Below are positions 40,341 through 51,330 of a stretch of DNA of 63,630 bases, piece after piece (position 1 is the first letter of the stretch; each line of letters starts with the position of its first letter). Position numbers and translations under genes: made by a program. The DNA comes from an uncultured Pelagibacteraceae bacterium. Its GTDB lineage: Bacteria > Pseudomonadota > Alphaproteobacteria > Pelagibacterales > AG-422-B15. Under the pieces are notes generated by a model that did no database searches, was not told the DNA's origin, and worked only from the letters and a program-made list of their open reading frames with translations. Where the stretch lies: assembly GCA_902510025.1 (NCBI GenBank), contig CABWZX010000002.1, positions 1 through 63,630 of the forward strand, in the 5' to 3' direction.

Positions 40341-41672
40341 GTGAAAAAAAGAAATCTTTTCTTATTAACTATTTTTACTTATTTTATATTTATTAGCAAA
40401 GTCCTATCTATTGAAATAATTAGAGATGTAGAATTAGAAGAGTTTACAAAAAAAATTCTATCTACATTAGTAAAAAATACTGAAATTGAATATGAGGATC
40501 TTAATTACTATTTTATAAAAAGTAATGACATTAATGCCTTTGTAACTGGAGGAAATAATCTTTTTATCAACACAGAGACTCTAATAGCCGCAGATGATTA
40601 TAGAGAATATGCTTCAGTATTAGCTCATGAACTTTCACATATTTTAGGTGGCCATATCTTTAGAACAAAAGAACAAATGAATAACTTGAGTGATCGAGCA
40701 TTCCCAGTTTTTCTCTTAGGTATATTAGGAATCATGGGAGGTTCTGCTGATGCAGGAGTAGCTACTATGATGATTGGATCAGCTAGTGTACAAGATGGTT
40801 TTACATATTACAGTAGAAATCAAGAAGCCTCTGCTGACCAAGCTGCAATTAAATTACTTTGTAGCAATAACATTGATGGGAAATATTTTTTAAAATTTTT
40901 AAGTAGATTAAATGAACACGCATCATATGATGTTGAGAAAACTAGCTACAGATCAACTCACCCACTTATCTCTGAAAGATCTACCTGGGTTCAGTCAGCT
41001 CTAAAGCAGCATTACAATTGCAATCACCAAAGCGATGAAAAACTTCAAAATGATTTTGAGCTTGTTAAAGCAAAGCTTTTTGGATTTACACATAGTAAAA
41101 ATGAAACTAATGCGGTTTATAACTTAGATGCAGATACTGATAAATATGCAACAGCCGTTTCTAGCTACTTAGCTGGTGATCACAATGATTCTATTTCAAA
41201 ACTTAAAAATTTAATTATTGAAAATCCTGATAATCCATTTTTCAGAGAACTTCTTGGTGAAATATACTTTTCTAAACATGATTACAAATCTGCAATTGAA
41301 CATCAAACTATTTCAATGAATCTTCTAAGTGATGACCATGATTTATATTTAATGATGATGGGAAATTATTATATAGCCAGCGAAAAAAAAGAAGATTATA
41401 TGAAAAGCATTAACTATCTTAAAAAATCTCTTAGAATTAATAATAAAAATACATATTCATGGTATTTGTTGGCAAAGGCCTACGGTGAATCAGACAATTT
41501 ACCATTAGCCGAATATGCAACAGCTGAACGATATTACTTGGTTGGAAATTATCAGATGGCACACCAATTTGTTGTAAAAAGTCTAAAAGATATTGAAAAA
41601 AATACCACTGAATGGTATCGAGCTAATGATTTGTTAAATATAATAAATAACATGCAAAACCAAAATTCTTAA
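40341..41672 (+). CDS. M48-family zinc metalloprotease with C-terminal TPR region (BepA/YfgC-like)
   Basis: 443 aa with a GTG start immediately after the rne stop codon, an N-terminal signal-like segment, the HELSHILGGH zinc motif, and TPR-like repeats in the C-terminal half. Confidence 0.8.
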   Translation: MKKRNLFLLTIFTYFIFISKVLSIEIIRDVELEEFTKKILSTLVKNTEIEYEDLNYYFIKSNDINAFVTGGNNLFINTETLIAADDYREYASVLAHELSHILGGHIFRTKEQMNNLSDRAFPVFLLGILGIMGGSADAGVATMMIGSASVQDGFTYYSRNQEASADQAAIKLLCSNNIDGKYFLKFLSRLNEHASYDVEKTSYRSTHPLISERSTWVQSALKQHYNCNHQSDEKLQNDFELVKAKLFGFTHSKNETNAVYNLDADTDKYATAVSSYLAGDHNDSISKLKNLIIENPDNPFFRELLGEIYFSKHDYKSAIEHQTISMNLLSDDHDLYLMMMGNYYIASEKKEDYMKSINYLKKSLRINNKNTYSWYLLAKAYGESDNLPLAEYATAERYYLVGNYQMAHQFVVKSLKDIEKNTTEWYRANDLLNIINNMQNQNS

Positions 41673-41675
41673 ACC

Positions 41676-42119
41676 ATGCCTAATAAAAAAATAATAATAA
41701 TAAATGGACCTAATTTAAACTTACTCGGTGAAAGAGAACCAGAAGTCTATGGAACAGAAACACTAATGGATTTAGAAAAGATGGTAAACAACTACATTAC
41801 TGAATCTAATCTCAAAATTGATACGATTTTTTTCCAGTCCAATAGTGAAGGAGAATTAGTTAATTCAATACAAAATGCTGGAAAAACATTAAATGGAATT
41901 ATTATAAATGCAGGAGGCTTATCTCACACTTCTGTTTCAATTCTTGATGGCTTGTTAGCCATAAAGATTCCTAAAATTGAAGTACATATATCAAATCTTT
42001 TTACTAGAGAGGAATTTAGGCACAGCTCTTATATTAGCAAAGGTGTAAACGGTATTGTATGTGGTTTTGGATTAAATGGTTATTTGCTTGCTATTGATGG
42101 AATAAATAAATTAATATAA
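41676..42119 (+). CDS. aroQ: type II 3-dehydroquinate dehydratase
   Basis: 147 aa with INGPNLNLLGEREPEVYG, IINAGGLSHTSVSI and HISN motifs. Classic aroQ-accB-accC linkage. Confidence 0.93.
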   Translation: MPNKKIIIINGPNLNLLGEREPEVYGTETLMDLEKMVNNYITESNLKIDTIFFQSNSEGELVNSIQNAGKTLNGIIINAGGLSHTSVSILDGLLAIKIPKIEVHISNLFTREEFRHSSYISKGVNGIVCGFGLNGYLLAIDGINKLI

Positions 42120-42130
42120 AAATAAATTCT

Positions 42131-42574
42131 ATGGCAAAAAAAACAATTGATAAGGCTCCTATTAAAGAGCTCAGTGAACTTCTTAAGGAGCTTGACCTTA
42201 GTGAGATCTCATATAAAGAGGGAGACTTCGCAGTATCAGTTTCTAGAGGAAGTGTCCAAACTATCTCACAAATAACCCCTACTCAAACAAATATAAAATC
42301 AGATTCTGAAAATCAAAAAGATGTAGATTATAAAAATGACCCAAGGGCCATAAAAGCTCCAATGGTCGGAACTGTCTATCTTCAACCAGAGCCTGGAGCT
42401 AATAAGTTTGTTAATGAAGGTGATCCGATTAAATCTGGCCAAACACTAGTAATCATTGAAGCAATGAAAACAATGAACCCAATTGAATCTAATCTTCAGG
42501 GAAAACTTGTTAAAGTTTTAGTTGAAAACGAACAAGCTGTTGAATTTGGTCAACCTTTAATGCTTATAGAATAA
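42131..42574 (+). CDS. accB: acetyl-CoA carboxylase biotin carboxyl carrier protein
   Basis: 147 aa with the C-terminal biotinyl domain and the EAMKTMN (AMKM-type) biotin-lysine motif. Confidence 0.92.
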   Translation: MAKKTIDKAPIKELSELLKELDLSEISYKEGDFAVSVSRGSVQTISQITPTQTNIKSDSENQKDVDYKNDPRAIKAPMVGTVYLQPEPGANKFVNEGDPIKSGQTLVIIEAMKTMNPIESNLQGKLVKVLVENEQAVEFGQPLMLIE

Positions 42575-43915
42575 ATGTTTGATAAAGTATTGATTGCTAA
42601 CCGAGGAGAAATAGCGGTTAGAATAAATAGAGCTTGTCAAGAACTTGGAATATCTACTGTAGCAATCCATAGTGAAGCAGATGTTGATTCAATGCATGTT
42701 AGAATTGCAGATGAAAGTGTTTGCATAGGTCCAAATCCGGTTAACAAAAGCTATTTAAATACTCACTCCATTATTGCTGCTTGTGAAATTACTGGTGCAC
42801 AAGCTGTCCACCCTGGCTATGGTTTCTTATCGGAAAACTCATCATTTGCAAAAATGTTACAAGATCACAAATTGACATTTATTGGACCAAAACATTCTCA
42901 TATAGAAGCTATGGGAGATAAAATTCAGGCAAAAAAAATGATGAAGGAATTTGGCGTCCCTACTGTTCCGGGATCTGATAAAGCTATTGAAGATAAAAAA
43001 GATGCAATAAATATTTCAAAAGAAATTGGCTTTCCTGTCTTAATTAAAGCTAGTGCAGGTGGGGGCGGAAGAGGAATGAAGGTTGTAAATGATGAAAAAG
43101 AACTATCAGAATCTCTTCCCATCGTTAAACAAGAAGCTCTTTCTTTCTTTGGAAATGATGCAGTGTATATAGAAAAATTCATCGATTCACCTAGACATAT
43201 TGAAGTTCAAGTAATCTGTGACACGCATGGAAATTTTATCCATCTTCATGAAAGAGATTGTTCTGTTCAAAGGAGAAATCAAAAAGTTGTTGAAGAGGCT
43301 CTTGCCCCAGGAATAGATGAAGAAAAAAAGGAAAAGTTGTTTTCAATATGCGTAAAGGCCATGCAAAACATGGGGTATCTAGGCTTAGGAACTCTTGAAT
43401 TCCTATATGAAAATGGTGAATTCTACTTTATGGAAATGAATACTCGACTTCAGGTGGAGCACCCTATTACTGAGATGCTAACAAGAATAGATCTTGTCAG
43501 GGAACAAATATGCGTAGCTTCTGGCGAAAAAATTTTTACAACTCAAGAAAATGTAAGGCCTTTAGGGCATTCAATAGAGTGTAGAATAAATGCTGAAAAT
43601 TCAGAAGATTTTAAGCCTTCAGCAGGCACAATAGGACTATTCCATCCTCCAGCTGGAAACGGTATAAGGTTAGATACCTTTATTTACTCTGGTTATAAGG
43701 TCCCACATTACTACGATAATCTATTAGCTAAACTGATTGCTACTGGCCGTACAAGAAATCATGCAATTAAAAGAGCTTTAAGATCTTTGAATGAGATCGT
43801 AATTGATGGAATTGAAACAAATATTGAATTACACAAAAAAATACTGTCTTCAAATGACTTTAAAAATGGTTCTGTTTCAATTAATTGGTTAGAAAATAAT
43901 ATCACTTCACTCTAA
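42575..43915 (+). CDS. accC: acetyl-CoA carboxylase biotin carboxylase subunit
   Basis: 446 aa with KVLIANRGEIAVRI, GGGGRGM and EMNTRLQVEHPITE motifs. Confidence 0.95.
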   Translation: MFDKVLIANRGEIAVRINRACQELGISTVAIHSEADVDSMHVRIADESVCIGPNPVNKSYLNTHSIIAACEITGAQAVHPGYGFLSENSSFAKMLQDHKLTFIGPKHSHIEAMGDKIQAKKMMKEFGVPTVPGSDKAIEDKKDAINISKEIGFPVLIKASAGGGGRGMKVVNDEKELSESLPIVKQEALSFFGNDAVYIEKFIDSPRHIEVQVICDTHGNFIHLHERDCSVQRRNQKVVEEALAPGIDEEKKEKLFSICVKAMQNMGYLGLGTLEFLYENGEFYFMEMNTRLQVEHPITEMLTRIDLVREQICVASGEKIFTTQENVRPLGHSIECRINAENSEDFKPSAGTIGLFHPPAGNGIRLDTFIYSGYKVPHYYDNLLAKLIATGRTRNHAIKRALRSLNEIVIDGIETNIELHKKILSSNDFKNGSVSINWLENNITSL

Positions 43916-44416
43916 TCAGTAGCAATCATTTACCCAAATATCATATATAGGATGTTCTATTGCTGAAATTGAAGGAAGAGTTTTTAACATCCATCCAGAA
44001 AATATTTTTTCATCTTTAGTGTTATGATAAACATTTAAATATATAGCAGTTTCAGGTTGTTTTTCCGGACTGCTTAAATAGCAATCTATAGGATAAATTC
44101 GTAATTCCCCATATTCAAAATTTTCTTTAAGTTTAATATCTAAATTGTCAACATTTGCTGTAATCTTATTTAAAACACTTAAAGAAACGTAACTTATTTT
44201 ATTTTCATCAGCAGATATACTGGTGTCAGATGACTCATCATCAATTCTATTTTCTATTAAAGATTCATCAATAGAATCATAAGATGGTTCAATCTGATCT
44301 AGATTAATCAATGGGCTAAGTTGAACGTCCTCAGCTAAAATAGTTTCTACACAAGTAAAAAGGAAAGATAGAAAAATAAGAAAGTTAATCTTTTGGAGAC
44401 CATTTCTCATAATCAT
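43916..44416 (-). CDS. DUF2155-like secreted protein (conserved partner of bacterial NDUFA12 homologues)
   Basis: 166 aa with an N-terminal signal-like segment (INFLIFLSFLFTCVETILA). The C-terminal half (LRIYPIDCY...FSGWM...HPIYDIWV..C) resembles DUF2155. Its position directly after the NDUFA12-like gene is the usual alphaproteobacterial arrangement. Confidence 0.6.
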   Translation of the reverse strand: MIMRNGLQKINFLIFLSFLFTCVETILAEDVQLSPLINLDQIEPSYDSIDESLIENRIDDESSDTSISADENKISYVSLSVLNKITANVDNLDIKLKENFEYGELRIYPIDCYLSSPEKQPETAIYLNVYHNTKDEKIFSGWMLKTLPSISAIEHPIYDIWVNDCY

Positions 44417-44750
44417 TTTTTTTCTTTTCTACGCTATTATTAAATATAGGTTGAGGAGAATATGCCTCTGATGTTCCTGTTTGATTTGATTTGTGCTCAA
44501 GTTGCCAATCGTGTGCCTTTGCCTGTTCTGGTTTTTTAATTGATGTAAATCTTAACCAATTATTCCATTGAGGATTGACGGTCGTAGCTTCCACCTGCCC
44601 CCCATAAATCACCCATCTCTTAGTATCTTTTTTATTAGAAAAATATCTGTTTCCATACTCATCCTCACCTACTGCAATGCCGTTAAAATATGACCACACT
44701 CTTGTCCCTAACGTTTGCTTATTCCACCAAGTAAAGATCTCCATAATCAT
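44385..44750 (-). CDS. NADH:ubiquinone oxidoreductase subunit NDUFA12-like protein
   Basis: 121 aa. FTWWNKQTLGTRVW...GEDEYGNRYF...RWVIYGG..EATTVNPQWNNWL matches the NDUFA12/B17.2 family pattern. Confidence 0.8.
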   Translation of the reverse strand: MIMEIFTWWNKQTLGTRVWSYFNGIAVGEDEYGNRYFSNKKDTKRWVIYGGQVEATTVNPQWNNWLRFTSIKKPEQAKAHDWQLEHKSNQTGTSEAYSPQPIFNNSVEKKKNDYEKWSPKD

Positions 44751-44888
44751 TGGTATAGCAATATGATGAATTCACATTTTTTTCAACAGATAAAGCCTTA
44801 TAACAATTTCCTAACTTATTGAAATTATTAAATATTTATATAATTAATCACAATTATAATACCTTATGTGGTACATCGATAATTATTT

Positions 44889-44904
44889 TACACAATATGT
44901 TGAC
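44889..44904. promoter_or_regulatory. candidate NrdR box upstream of nrdJ
   Basis: TACACAATATGTTGAC resembles the 16-bp NrdR palindrome (acaCwAtATaTwGtgt, recalled from the literature) at roughly 13 of 16 positions. A weaker half-match lies about 30 bp upstream (ACCTTATGTGGT). AT-rich background makes chance matches likely. Confidence 0.3.
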
Positions 44905-45057
44905 TTCATTTTTCAAATAATAAATTATTAACAATCTAGAATAAAGCTCAATTAAAAGCATTCTGGCAAGACCGGTCGAGGCCAATAATTCCAAAATTAT
45001 AACCTTGTGTCCGTTCTGTGGACTGAAAAAAGATGAATATTTCTAAGGATATAATAC

Positions 45058-48000
45058 ATGAAAATAAATAGAGAATTTACTAAGAACTCACAATCACCAT
45101 ATGAAAACATAAAATTTAAAAAAGCTTCAACTGAAATACTAAACCCTGACGGCTCACTAGTTTTTAAACTAGAAGATTTTGATGTGCCTGAAGGATGGAG
45201 CCAAGTTGCAAGCGATATTCTTTCGCAAAAATATTTCAGAAAAGCAGGTGTTCCTAACAAAATTAAAAGAACAGAAGAAAGAAACGTGCCTTCATGGCTA
45301 TCGCCTAGAATAGCAGATGAAGAATCTGAAGATTTATCGTTTTCTTCTGAAAAAAATTCTCAACAAATTTTTGATAGACTAGCTGGAGCATGGACTTACT
45401 GGGGATGGAAAGGAAATTATTTTTCTTCTGAAGATGATGCTAAGGCATTTTTTGATGAGGTTAGATACATGCTTGCAATGCAGATGGTAGCACCCAATAG
45501 TCCTCAGTGGTTTAACACAGGACTACATTGGGCTTATGGAATTGACGGTCCTTCTCAAGGGCATTTTTATGTAGATCATGAAAATTCTAAATTAACTAGA
45601 TCCTCAAGTTCTTATGAAAGACCTCAACCTCATGCATGTTTTATCCAGAGTATTGATGATGATCTTGTAAATGATGGTGGGATAATGGATCTATGGGTAA
45701 GAGAAGCAAGATTATTCAAATATGGATCTGGAACAGGAACAAACTTCTCGAATTTACGAGGCTCAACTGAAGGACTCTCAGGTGGAGGAAAATCATCAGG
45801 ATTAATGAGTTTCTTAAAGATAGGTGATCGTGCTGCAGGTGCTATAAAATCTGGAGGAACTACAAGAAGAGCTGCTAAGATGGTGGTTGTTGATATTGAT
45901 CATCCAGATATTGAAGAGTTTATTAAATGGAAAGTAACTGAAGAACAAAAAGTAGCTGCGTTAGTAGCCGGTTCAAAAATCTGCGCTAAACATTTAAAAA
46001 AAATTATGAACGCATGTCATAACTGTGAAGCTGATGGCGAAAGTTGCTTTGACCCTAGTAAAAATCCAGCCTTAAAGAGAGAAATAATAGAAGCTAGAAA
46101 AAATGAAGTATCTGAAAATTATATCCAACGTGTCATACACTTTGCAAAACAAGGCTATAAATCAATAGAGTTTGATACATATAACACTGATTGGGACTCT
46201 GAAGCATATGTAACTGTCTCAGGCCAGAATTCCAATAACTCAATCCGTGTAACAGATGATTTTATCAATGCTGTAATTGAAGATAAAGATTGGAATCTTA
46301 TCAATAGAACTAATAATTCAATAAATAAAACTATTAAGGCTAAAGATCTTTGGGATCAAGTTGGATACTCCGCTTGGTCATGCGCTGATCCAGGAATTCA
46401 ATTCCATACAACCATTAATGACTGGCATACCTGTCCAGAAAGCGGTGAAATTAGAGCTTCAAACCCTTGTTCTGAATATATGTTCCTTGATAACACTGCA
46501 TGTAATCTTGCCTCGTTAAATCTGATAACTTTTATGAATGAAGATAAATGTCTAGATACTAGTTTATTTAAACATGCAGTTAGAATATGGACACTGATAC
46601 TTGAAATCTCAGTAATGATGGCTCAATTTCCTTCTAAGGAAATTGCTAAGCTTTCATACGAATATAGAACCCTAGGACTAGGCTATGCAAATCTTGGTGG
46701 CTATCTAATGTCTAAAGGGATATCTTACGATAGCGATGAAGGTCGATCAAACTGTGCGGCAATCACTTCTTTAATGACTGGCACATCATATGCAACATCA
46801 GCTGAAATAGCATCGCAACAAGGTCCATTTCCAGGGTATCAACAGAATTCTAAGAGTATGCTGAGGGTTATAAGAAATCACAGGCGGGCTGCTTATGGAT
46901 TCAAAGATGATTATGAGGAACTTCATGTTAACCCTGTTCCATTTGCTATAAATGACTTACGCGATACTAACCTAGGAATCGAAGCTCAGAAAATTTGGGA
47001 TGAAGCATATCAACAAGGACAAAAGTATGGCTACAGAAATGCACAAACAACAGTAATAGCACCTACTGGAACAATAGGACTGGTAATGGATTGTGATACA
47101 ACAGGAATTGAACCCGATTTTGCAATGGTTAAATTCAAGAAATTAGCAGGAGGAGGTTACTTCAAAATTATTAATAGAACAGTACCGACAGCTTTAGAGC
47201 AACTTCAATATACTGAAAATGAAGTTTCTGAGATTATAAATTATGCTGTTGGTCACGGAACATTAAAAGAAGCTCCAAATATCAATCATGAAACATTAAG
47301 AGAAAAAGGTTTTAGCGATGTAGAGCTTAATCTACTAGAGCAAAATCTTAAAAATGTTTTTGATATAAGATTTTCATTTAATGAATTTACCCTTGGTAGG
47401 GATTTTTGCTTAGAAAATTTAAAACTAAATGAAGAACAATTATCTGACATGAATTTCAATATGCTTGCAGCTCTTGGCTTCTCAAGCGATGAGATTGAAG
47501 AAGCAAATATATTCTGTTGTGGGACAATGACTCTTGAAGGATCTCCTCATGTTCAAGATAGTCATTTAAGTGTATTTGATTGTGCTAACCCTTGTGGAAG
47601 AATTGGAAAAAGATATCTTTCAGTAGAAAGTCACATAAGAATGATGGCTGCAGCTCAACCGTTTATTTCTGGAGCTATTTCTAAAACTATAAACATGCCT
47701 AGTGATGCAAATGTTGAAGATTGTATGGAGGCTTATTTACTGTCATGGAAACTTGGAACAAAAGCAAATGCACTTTATAGAGATGGTTCAAAGTTAAGCC
47801 AGCCTCTGGCCTCAAAACTTGTTGAAGATGAAAATATAGAAGAAGATATTTTGACTGAACAACCTTCTCCTGCTGAAAAAACTATCGCGGTGGCTCAAGA
47901 AGCAGCCCATTCAATAGTATATGGCTCAAGAAACAAAGTCCCAGACAGACGTAAAGGATATATACAAAAAGCTATTGTGGGTGGTCATAAAGTTTATCTA

Positions 48001-48654
48001 CACACAGGTGAATATGAAGATGGAAGCTTGGGTGAGATATTTATTGATATGCATAAAGAAGGGGCTTTTCTAAGAAGCTTAATGAACAATTTTGCAATAG
48101 CTATCTCTATAGGGCTTCAATATGGAGTGCCGCTTGAAGAATACGTAGAAGCTTATACATTTACTAGATTTGACCCTGCTGGAGTCGTTCAAGGAAATAA
48201 TAGAATTAAAAATGCAACATCAATTCTTGATTATGTATTTAGAGAATTAGCTGTGTCATACCTGGGAAGAAATGACCTTGCTCATGCAGACAATACTGAT
48301 GTTGACTTTTCTCTTGGCACTGGAGCAGAGGAAGGCACTCTAAAAACTAATGAAATTCCTTGGAAACTAGTTAAAAAAATGTCTAGCCAAGGTTATTTGA
48401 GAGGGCAGGAAAATTTAATGGTTATTAACTCTGATAGCGCTACGGCTCAGTATAGTTCTCCAGATCCAGAATTGAGTACCAGTGCTGCCGCCGTAAGTAG
48501 TAATGTTTCTGATCAACCGTTAAATAGAGTGCAAGCAGCTAAAATGATGGGATATGAAGGAGATGCATGTCCTGAATGTTCATCTTTTACTCTTGTTAGA
48601 AATGGTACTTGTTTGAAGTGTGACACTTGTGGAGGAACTACTGGTTGCTCTTAA
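45058..48654 (+). CDS. nrdJ: vitamin B12-dependent (class II) ribonucleotide reductase, long alphaproteobacterial type
   Basis: 1198 aa with the active-site region [23 protein letters not shown], and [26 protein letters not shown]. The C-terminal Cys-rich tail is [28 protein letters not shown]. Confidence 0.93.
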   Translation: MKINREFTKNSQSPYENIKFKKASTEILNPDGSLVFKLEDFDVPEGWSQVASDILSQKYFRKAGVPNKIKRTEERNVPSWLSPRIADEESEDLSFSSEKNSQQIFDRLAGAWTYWGWKGNYFSSEDDAKAFFDEVRYMLAMQMVAPNSPQWFNTGLHWAYGIDGPSQGHFYVDHENSKLTRSSSSYERPQPHACFIQSIDDDLVNDGGIMDLWVREARLFKYGSGTGTNFSNLRGSTEGLSGGGKSSGLMSFLKIGDRAAGAIKSGGTTRRAAKMVVVDIDHPDIEEFIKWKVTEEQKVAALVAGSKICAKHLKKIMNACHNCEADGESCFDPSKNPALKREIIEARKNEVSENYIQRVIHFAKQGYKSIEFDTYNTDWDSEAYVTVSGQNSNNSIRVTDDFINAVIEDKDWNLINRTNNSINKTIKAKDLWDQVGYSAWSCADPGIQFHTTINDWHTCPESGEIRASNPCSEYMFLDNTACNLASLNLITFMNEDKCLDTSLFKHAVRIWTLILEISVMMAQFPSKEIAKLSYEYRTLGLGYANLGGYLMSKGISYDSDEGRSNCAAITSLMTGTSYATSAEIASQQGPFPGYQQNSKSMLRVIRNHRRAAYGFKDDYEELHVNPVPFAINDLRDTNLGIEAQKIWDEAYQQGQKYGYRNAQTTVIAPTGTIGLVMDCDTTGIEPDFAMVKFKKLAGGGYFKIINRTVPTALEQLQYTENEVSEIINYAVGHGTLKEAPNINHETLREKGFSDVELNLLEQNLKNVFDIRFSFNEFTLGRDFCLENLKLNEEQLSDMNFNMLAALGFSSDEIEEANIFCCGTMTLEGSPHVQDSHLSVFDCANPCGRIGKRYLSVESHIRMMAAAQPFISGAISKTINMPSDANVEDCMEAYLLSWKLGTKANALYRDGSKLSQPLASKLVEDENIEEDILTEQPSPAEKTIAVAQEAAHSIVYGSRNKVPDRRKGYIQKAIVGGHKVYLHTGEYEDGSLGEIFIDMHKEGAFLRSLMNNFAIAISIGLQYGVPLEEYVEAYTFTRFDPAGVVQGNNRIKNATSILDYVFRELAVSYLGRNDLAHADNTDVDFSLGTGAEEGTLKTNEIPWKLVKKMSSQGYLRGQENLMVINSDSATAQYSSPDPELSTSAAAVSSNVSDQPLNRVQAAKMMGYEGDACPECSSFTLVRNGTCLKCDTCGGTTGCS

Positions 48655-50453
48655 TCTTCTTCTTTAGGTTCGACAGTTAAAATATTTAAATCTTTGAGAT
48701 TAGATTCTGGCACATAAGCAGGCGCATTCATCATTAGGTCTTGAGCCTGTTGATTCATAGGAAAAAGTATTACTTCTCTAATATTTTTTTCTTCTGCTAA
48801 AAGCATAACAATTCGATCAATTCCCGGTGCTATACCCCCATGTGGAGGGACACCGTATTTGAATGCATTTACCATTCCACCAAATTTCTCCATTACGTAA
48901 TCTTTTGAGTGCCCTGCTATTTCAAATGCCTTGAACATCACATCAGGTAAGTGGTTTCTTATTGCACCTGATGATAATTCTATTCCATTGCATACAATAT
49001 CATACTGGTGCCCAAGAATTTCCAATGGATCATTATTATTTAAAGATTCTATCCCTCCTTGTGGCATTGAAAAGGGATTATGACTAAAATCAATTTTTCC
49101 ACTATCATGGTTAATTTCGTACATAGGAAAATCAACGATCCAACAGAATTTAAAAACTTCTTTTTCTACAATGTCTAATTCTTCAGCTATTCTATTTCTA
49201 GCAAATGAAGCTAATTCATAAGCAATTTTTTTATCTGCACATGAAAAAAAGATTGAATCCCCATGTTTAACTTTTCCTTTTTTGCAAATTCTTTCAATGA
49301 CATTATCCGGAATAAATTTGGCAATTGGTCCCTTCCCTTTCAACTTACCATCATCCTCTTCCAGTATAATGTAGCCCAATCCAGGAGCATTCATTTCTTT
49401 TCTCGCCCAGTCATTTAATGAGTCAAAGAAACTCCTAGGTTTTTTAGTGCTTCCTGGAGCAGGAATACCTATGACTTTGCCACCATTTGATATCACTTTC
49501 TTAAAGGCATCAAATTTAACTTCATCTAAATTGAACTCATCAGTTAAATCACATAGTTCTATTGGATTTCTTAGATCAGGTTTATCAGTTCCATATCTCT
49601 GCATTGACTCCTTATATGTAAGTCTTTGAAAAGGAGCTTCAGAAATTTGATATTTAGAAAACTTTTTAAAAACATTATATAAGACAGGTTCAATTGCATT
49701 AAATACATCTTCCTGTTCAACAAAAGACATTTCCATATCTAATTGATAAAACTCTCCTGGGCTTCTATCTGCTCTTGCATCTTCATCCCTAAAACAAGGC
49801 GCAATTTGGAAATATTTATCGAATCCGCCAGCCATAATAAGCTGTTTAAATTGTTGGGGTGCTTGAGGAAGGGCATAAAATTTTCCTGGATGCAATCTAC
49901 TGGGTACAAGATAGTCTCTTGCACCTTCAGGACTTGAAGCTGTTAGTATAGGTGTTTGCATTTCAAGAAAACCTAAATCAGTCATTTGCTCTCGGATATA
50001 AGAAATTATTGATGATCTTAAAATAAGATTCTTATGTAATTCTTCTCTTCTAATGTCTAAAAATCTATATTTTAACCTTATCTCCTCTGGATAATCCTGA
50101 CCACCAAAAACTGGCATTGGTAACTCTTCTGCCATAGATAAAATCTCAAGTTGCTCTATAGAAACTTCAATTTTTCCTGTTTCTAATGATAAATTTATTG
50201 TTTCTTTATCTCTTTCTAATACCGTTCCAGATATTTTGATTACTGACTCTGAACGTAAACTATCAATAATTGTTAGAAGCTTTTCATTAGTTTTATCAAC
50301 CACACATTGAGTAACGCCATAGTGGTCTCTTAAATCAACAAATAAAAGATTGCCATGATCTCTCTTTCTATGAATCCAACCAGAAATTGATACATTATCA
50401 CCAGCATCTGATTCTTTCAGTTGATTGCAAAGATGTGTTCTATATTTATTCAT
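48651..50453 (-). CDS. aspS: aspartate-tRNA ligase (bacterial long type)
   Basis: 600 aa with an N-terminal OB fold, class II motif 2 ([21 protein letters not shown]), motif 3 ([13 protein letters not shown]) and a GAD insertion domain. Confidence 0.95.
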   Translation of the reverse strand: MNKYRTHLCNQLKESDAGDNVSISGWIHRKRDHGNLLFVDLRDHYGVTQCVVDKTNEKLLTIIDSLRSESVIKISGTVLERDKETINLSLETGKIEVSIEQLEILSMAEELPMPVFGGQDYPEEIRLKYRFLDIRREELHKNLILRSSIISYIREQMTDLGFLEMQTPILTASSPEGARDYLVPSRLHPGKFYALPQAPQQFKQLIMAGGFDKYFQIAPCFRDEDARADRSPGEFYQLDMEMSFVEQEDVFNAIEPVLYNVFKKFSKYQISEAPFQRLTYKESMQRYGTDKPDLRNPIELCDLTDEFNLDEVKFDAFKKVISNGGKVIGIPAPGSTKKPRSFFDSLNDWARKEMNAPGLGYIILEEDDGKLKGKGPIAKFIPDNVIERICKKGKVKHGDSIFFSCADKKIAYELASFARNRIAEELDIVEKEVFKFCWIVDFPMYEINHDSGKIDFSHNPFSMPQGGIESLNNNDPLEILGHQYDIVCNGIELSSGAIRNHLPDVMFKAFEIAGHSKDYVMEKFGGMVNAFKYGVPPHGGIAPGIDRIVMLLAEEKNIREVILFPMNQQAQDLMMNAPAYVPESNLKDLNILTVEPKEED

Positions 50454-50487
50454 TTTATAACCAATATGTTCATATATAGTTGGATTT

Positions 50488-51330
50488 ATGGAAATAGTCC
50501 AAGATAATAAATCTTTAAAAACTTTATGTAAAAATTTAAAAAAACAGAAAATAATCTATTTAGATACTGAATTTCTAAGAGATCGAACCTACTGGCCTTT
50601 ATTATGTACTATACAGATTAGAACACAAAGAAAGTCATATTTGATAGATATGATATCAAACAATGAAATGGACTTTGGACAATTTAAAGATATTTTAAAA
50701 AATAAAAAAATATTGAAAGTAATCCACTCAGCAAGGCAAGATGTTGAGGTTATCCTCTATAAATTTAATTTAATTATATGGCCAATATTTGACACTCAAT
50801 TAGCCTACGGATTGGTATCAAGTGAAAATAGTATTGGCTACACTAATCTTGTTGAAAAACTATTTAAGATAAAGCTATCTAAGAAATATCAACAATCTAA
50901 TTGGAGTCTAAGGCCTCTTTCTGAATCTCAAATAAAGTATGCAAAAAATGATGTAAAATTTCTCCCAAAGATTCATAAGATAATTTTAAAAGAAATTAAA
51001 AGAAAAAGAAAAACAAGTAGATTAAACCTAGAGACCAATAAATTAAAAGAATTGAAAAATATCTTTGATGTAAAAAATGCATATAAAAGAAATAAATCTA
51101 AAAAACTTTCAGCAAAAGAATTAAAGCTATTGAAATCTATTTCAGAGTGGAGAGAAGAAAAGGCTCAGAAAATAAATATCCCTAGAAACTGGGTTATATC
51201 AGATAAAATAATGATGCGGGCTATAAAGAAAAAAAAATTAAAGCTGACAACAAAAGATAACAAAAATAGAAATTTTAATTCTAAAATTGACGATTTCAAC
51301 AAATTTCTAAAAATTAAAAAACTTATTTAA
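50488..51330 (+). CDS. rnd: ribonuclease D (short form, DEDDy exonuclease plus a single HRDC-like region, Lys-rich tail)
   Basis: 280 aa with YLDTEF (Exo I), [11 protein letters not shown] (Exo II), YAKNDVKFL (Exo III with Tyr) and an HRDC-like [22 protein letters not shown]. Confidence 0.8.
   Translation: MEIVQDNKSLKTLCKNLKKQKIIYLDTEFLRDRTYWPLLCTIQIRTQRKSYLIDMISNNEMDFGQFKDILKNKKILKVIHSARQDVEVILYKFNLIIWPIFDTQLAYGLVSSENSIGYTNLVEKLFKIKLSKKYQQSNWSLRPLSESQIKYAKNDVKFLPKIHKIILKEIKRKRKTSRLNLETNKLKELKNIFDVKNAYKRNKSKKLSAKELKLLKSISEWREEKAQKINIPRNWVISDKIMMRAIKKKKLKLTTKDNKNRNFNSKIDDFNKFLKIKKLI

Noticed and set aside
44751-45057. Possible cobalamin riboswitch in front of the B12-dependent RNR; the GC-rich AAGACCGGTCGAGGCC vaguely recalls a B12 box.
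   Set aside because: The rest of the leader is extremely AT-rich and lacks the multiple conserved GC-rich stems of cobalamin riboswitches. Biologically, B12 riboswitches repress B12-independent isozymes or uptake genes, not nrdJ.
44997-45260. 87-aa minus-strand ORF spanning the nrdJ start region.
   Set aside because: It overlaps the verified nrdJ N-terminus in antisense, has no motif, and would leave nrdJ without a promoter region.
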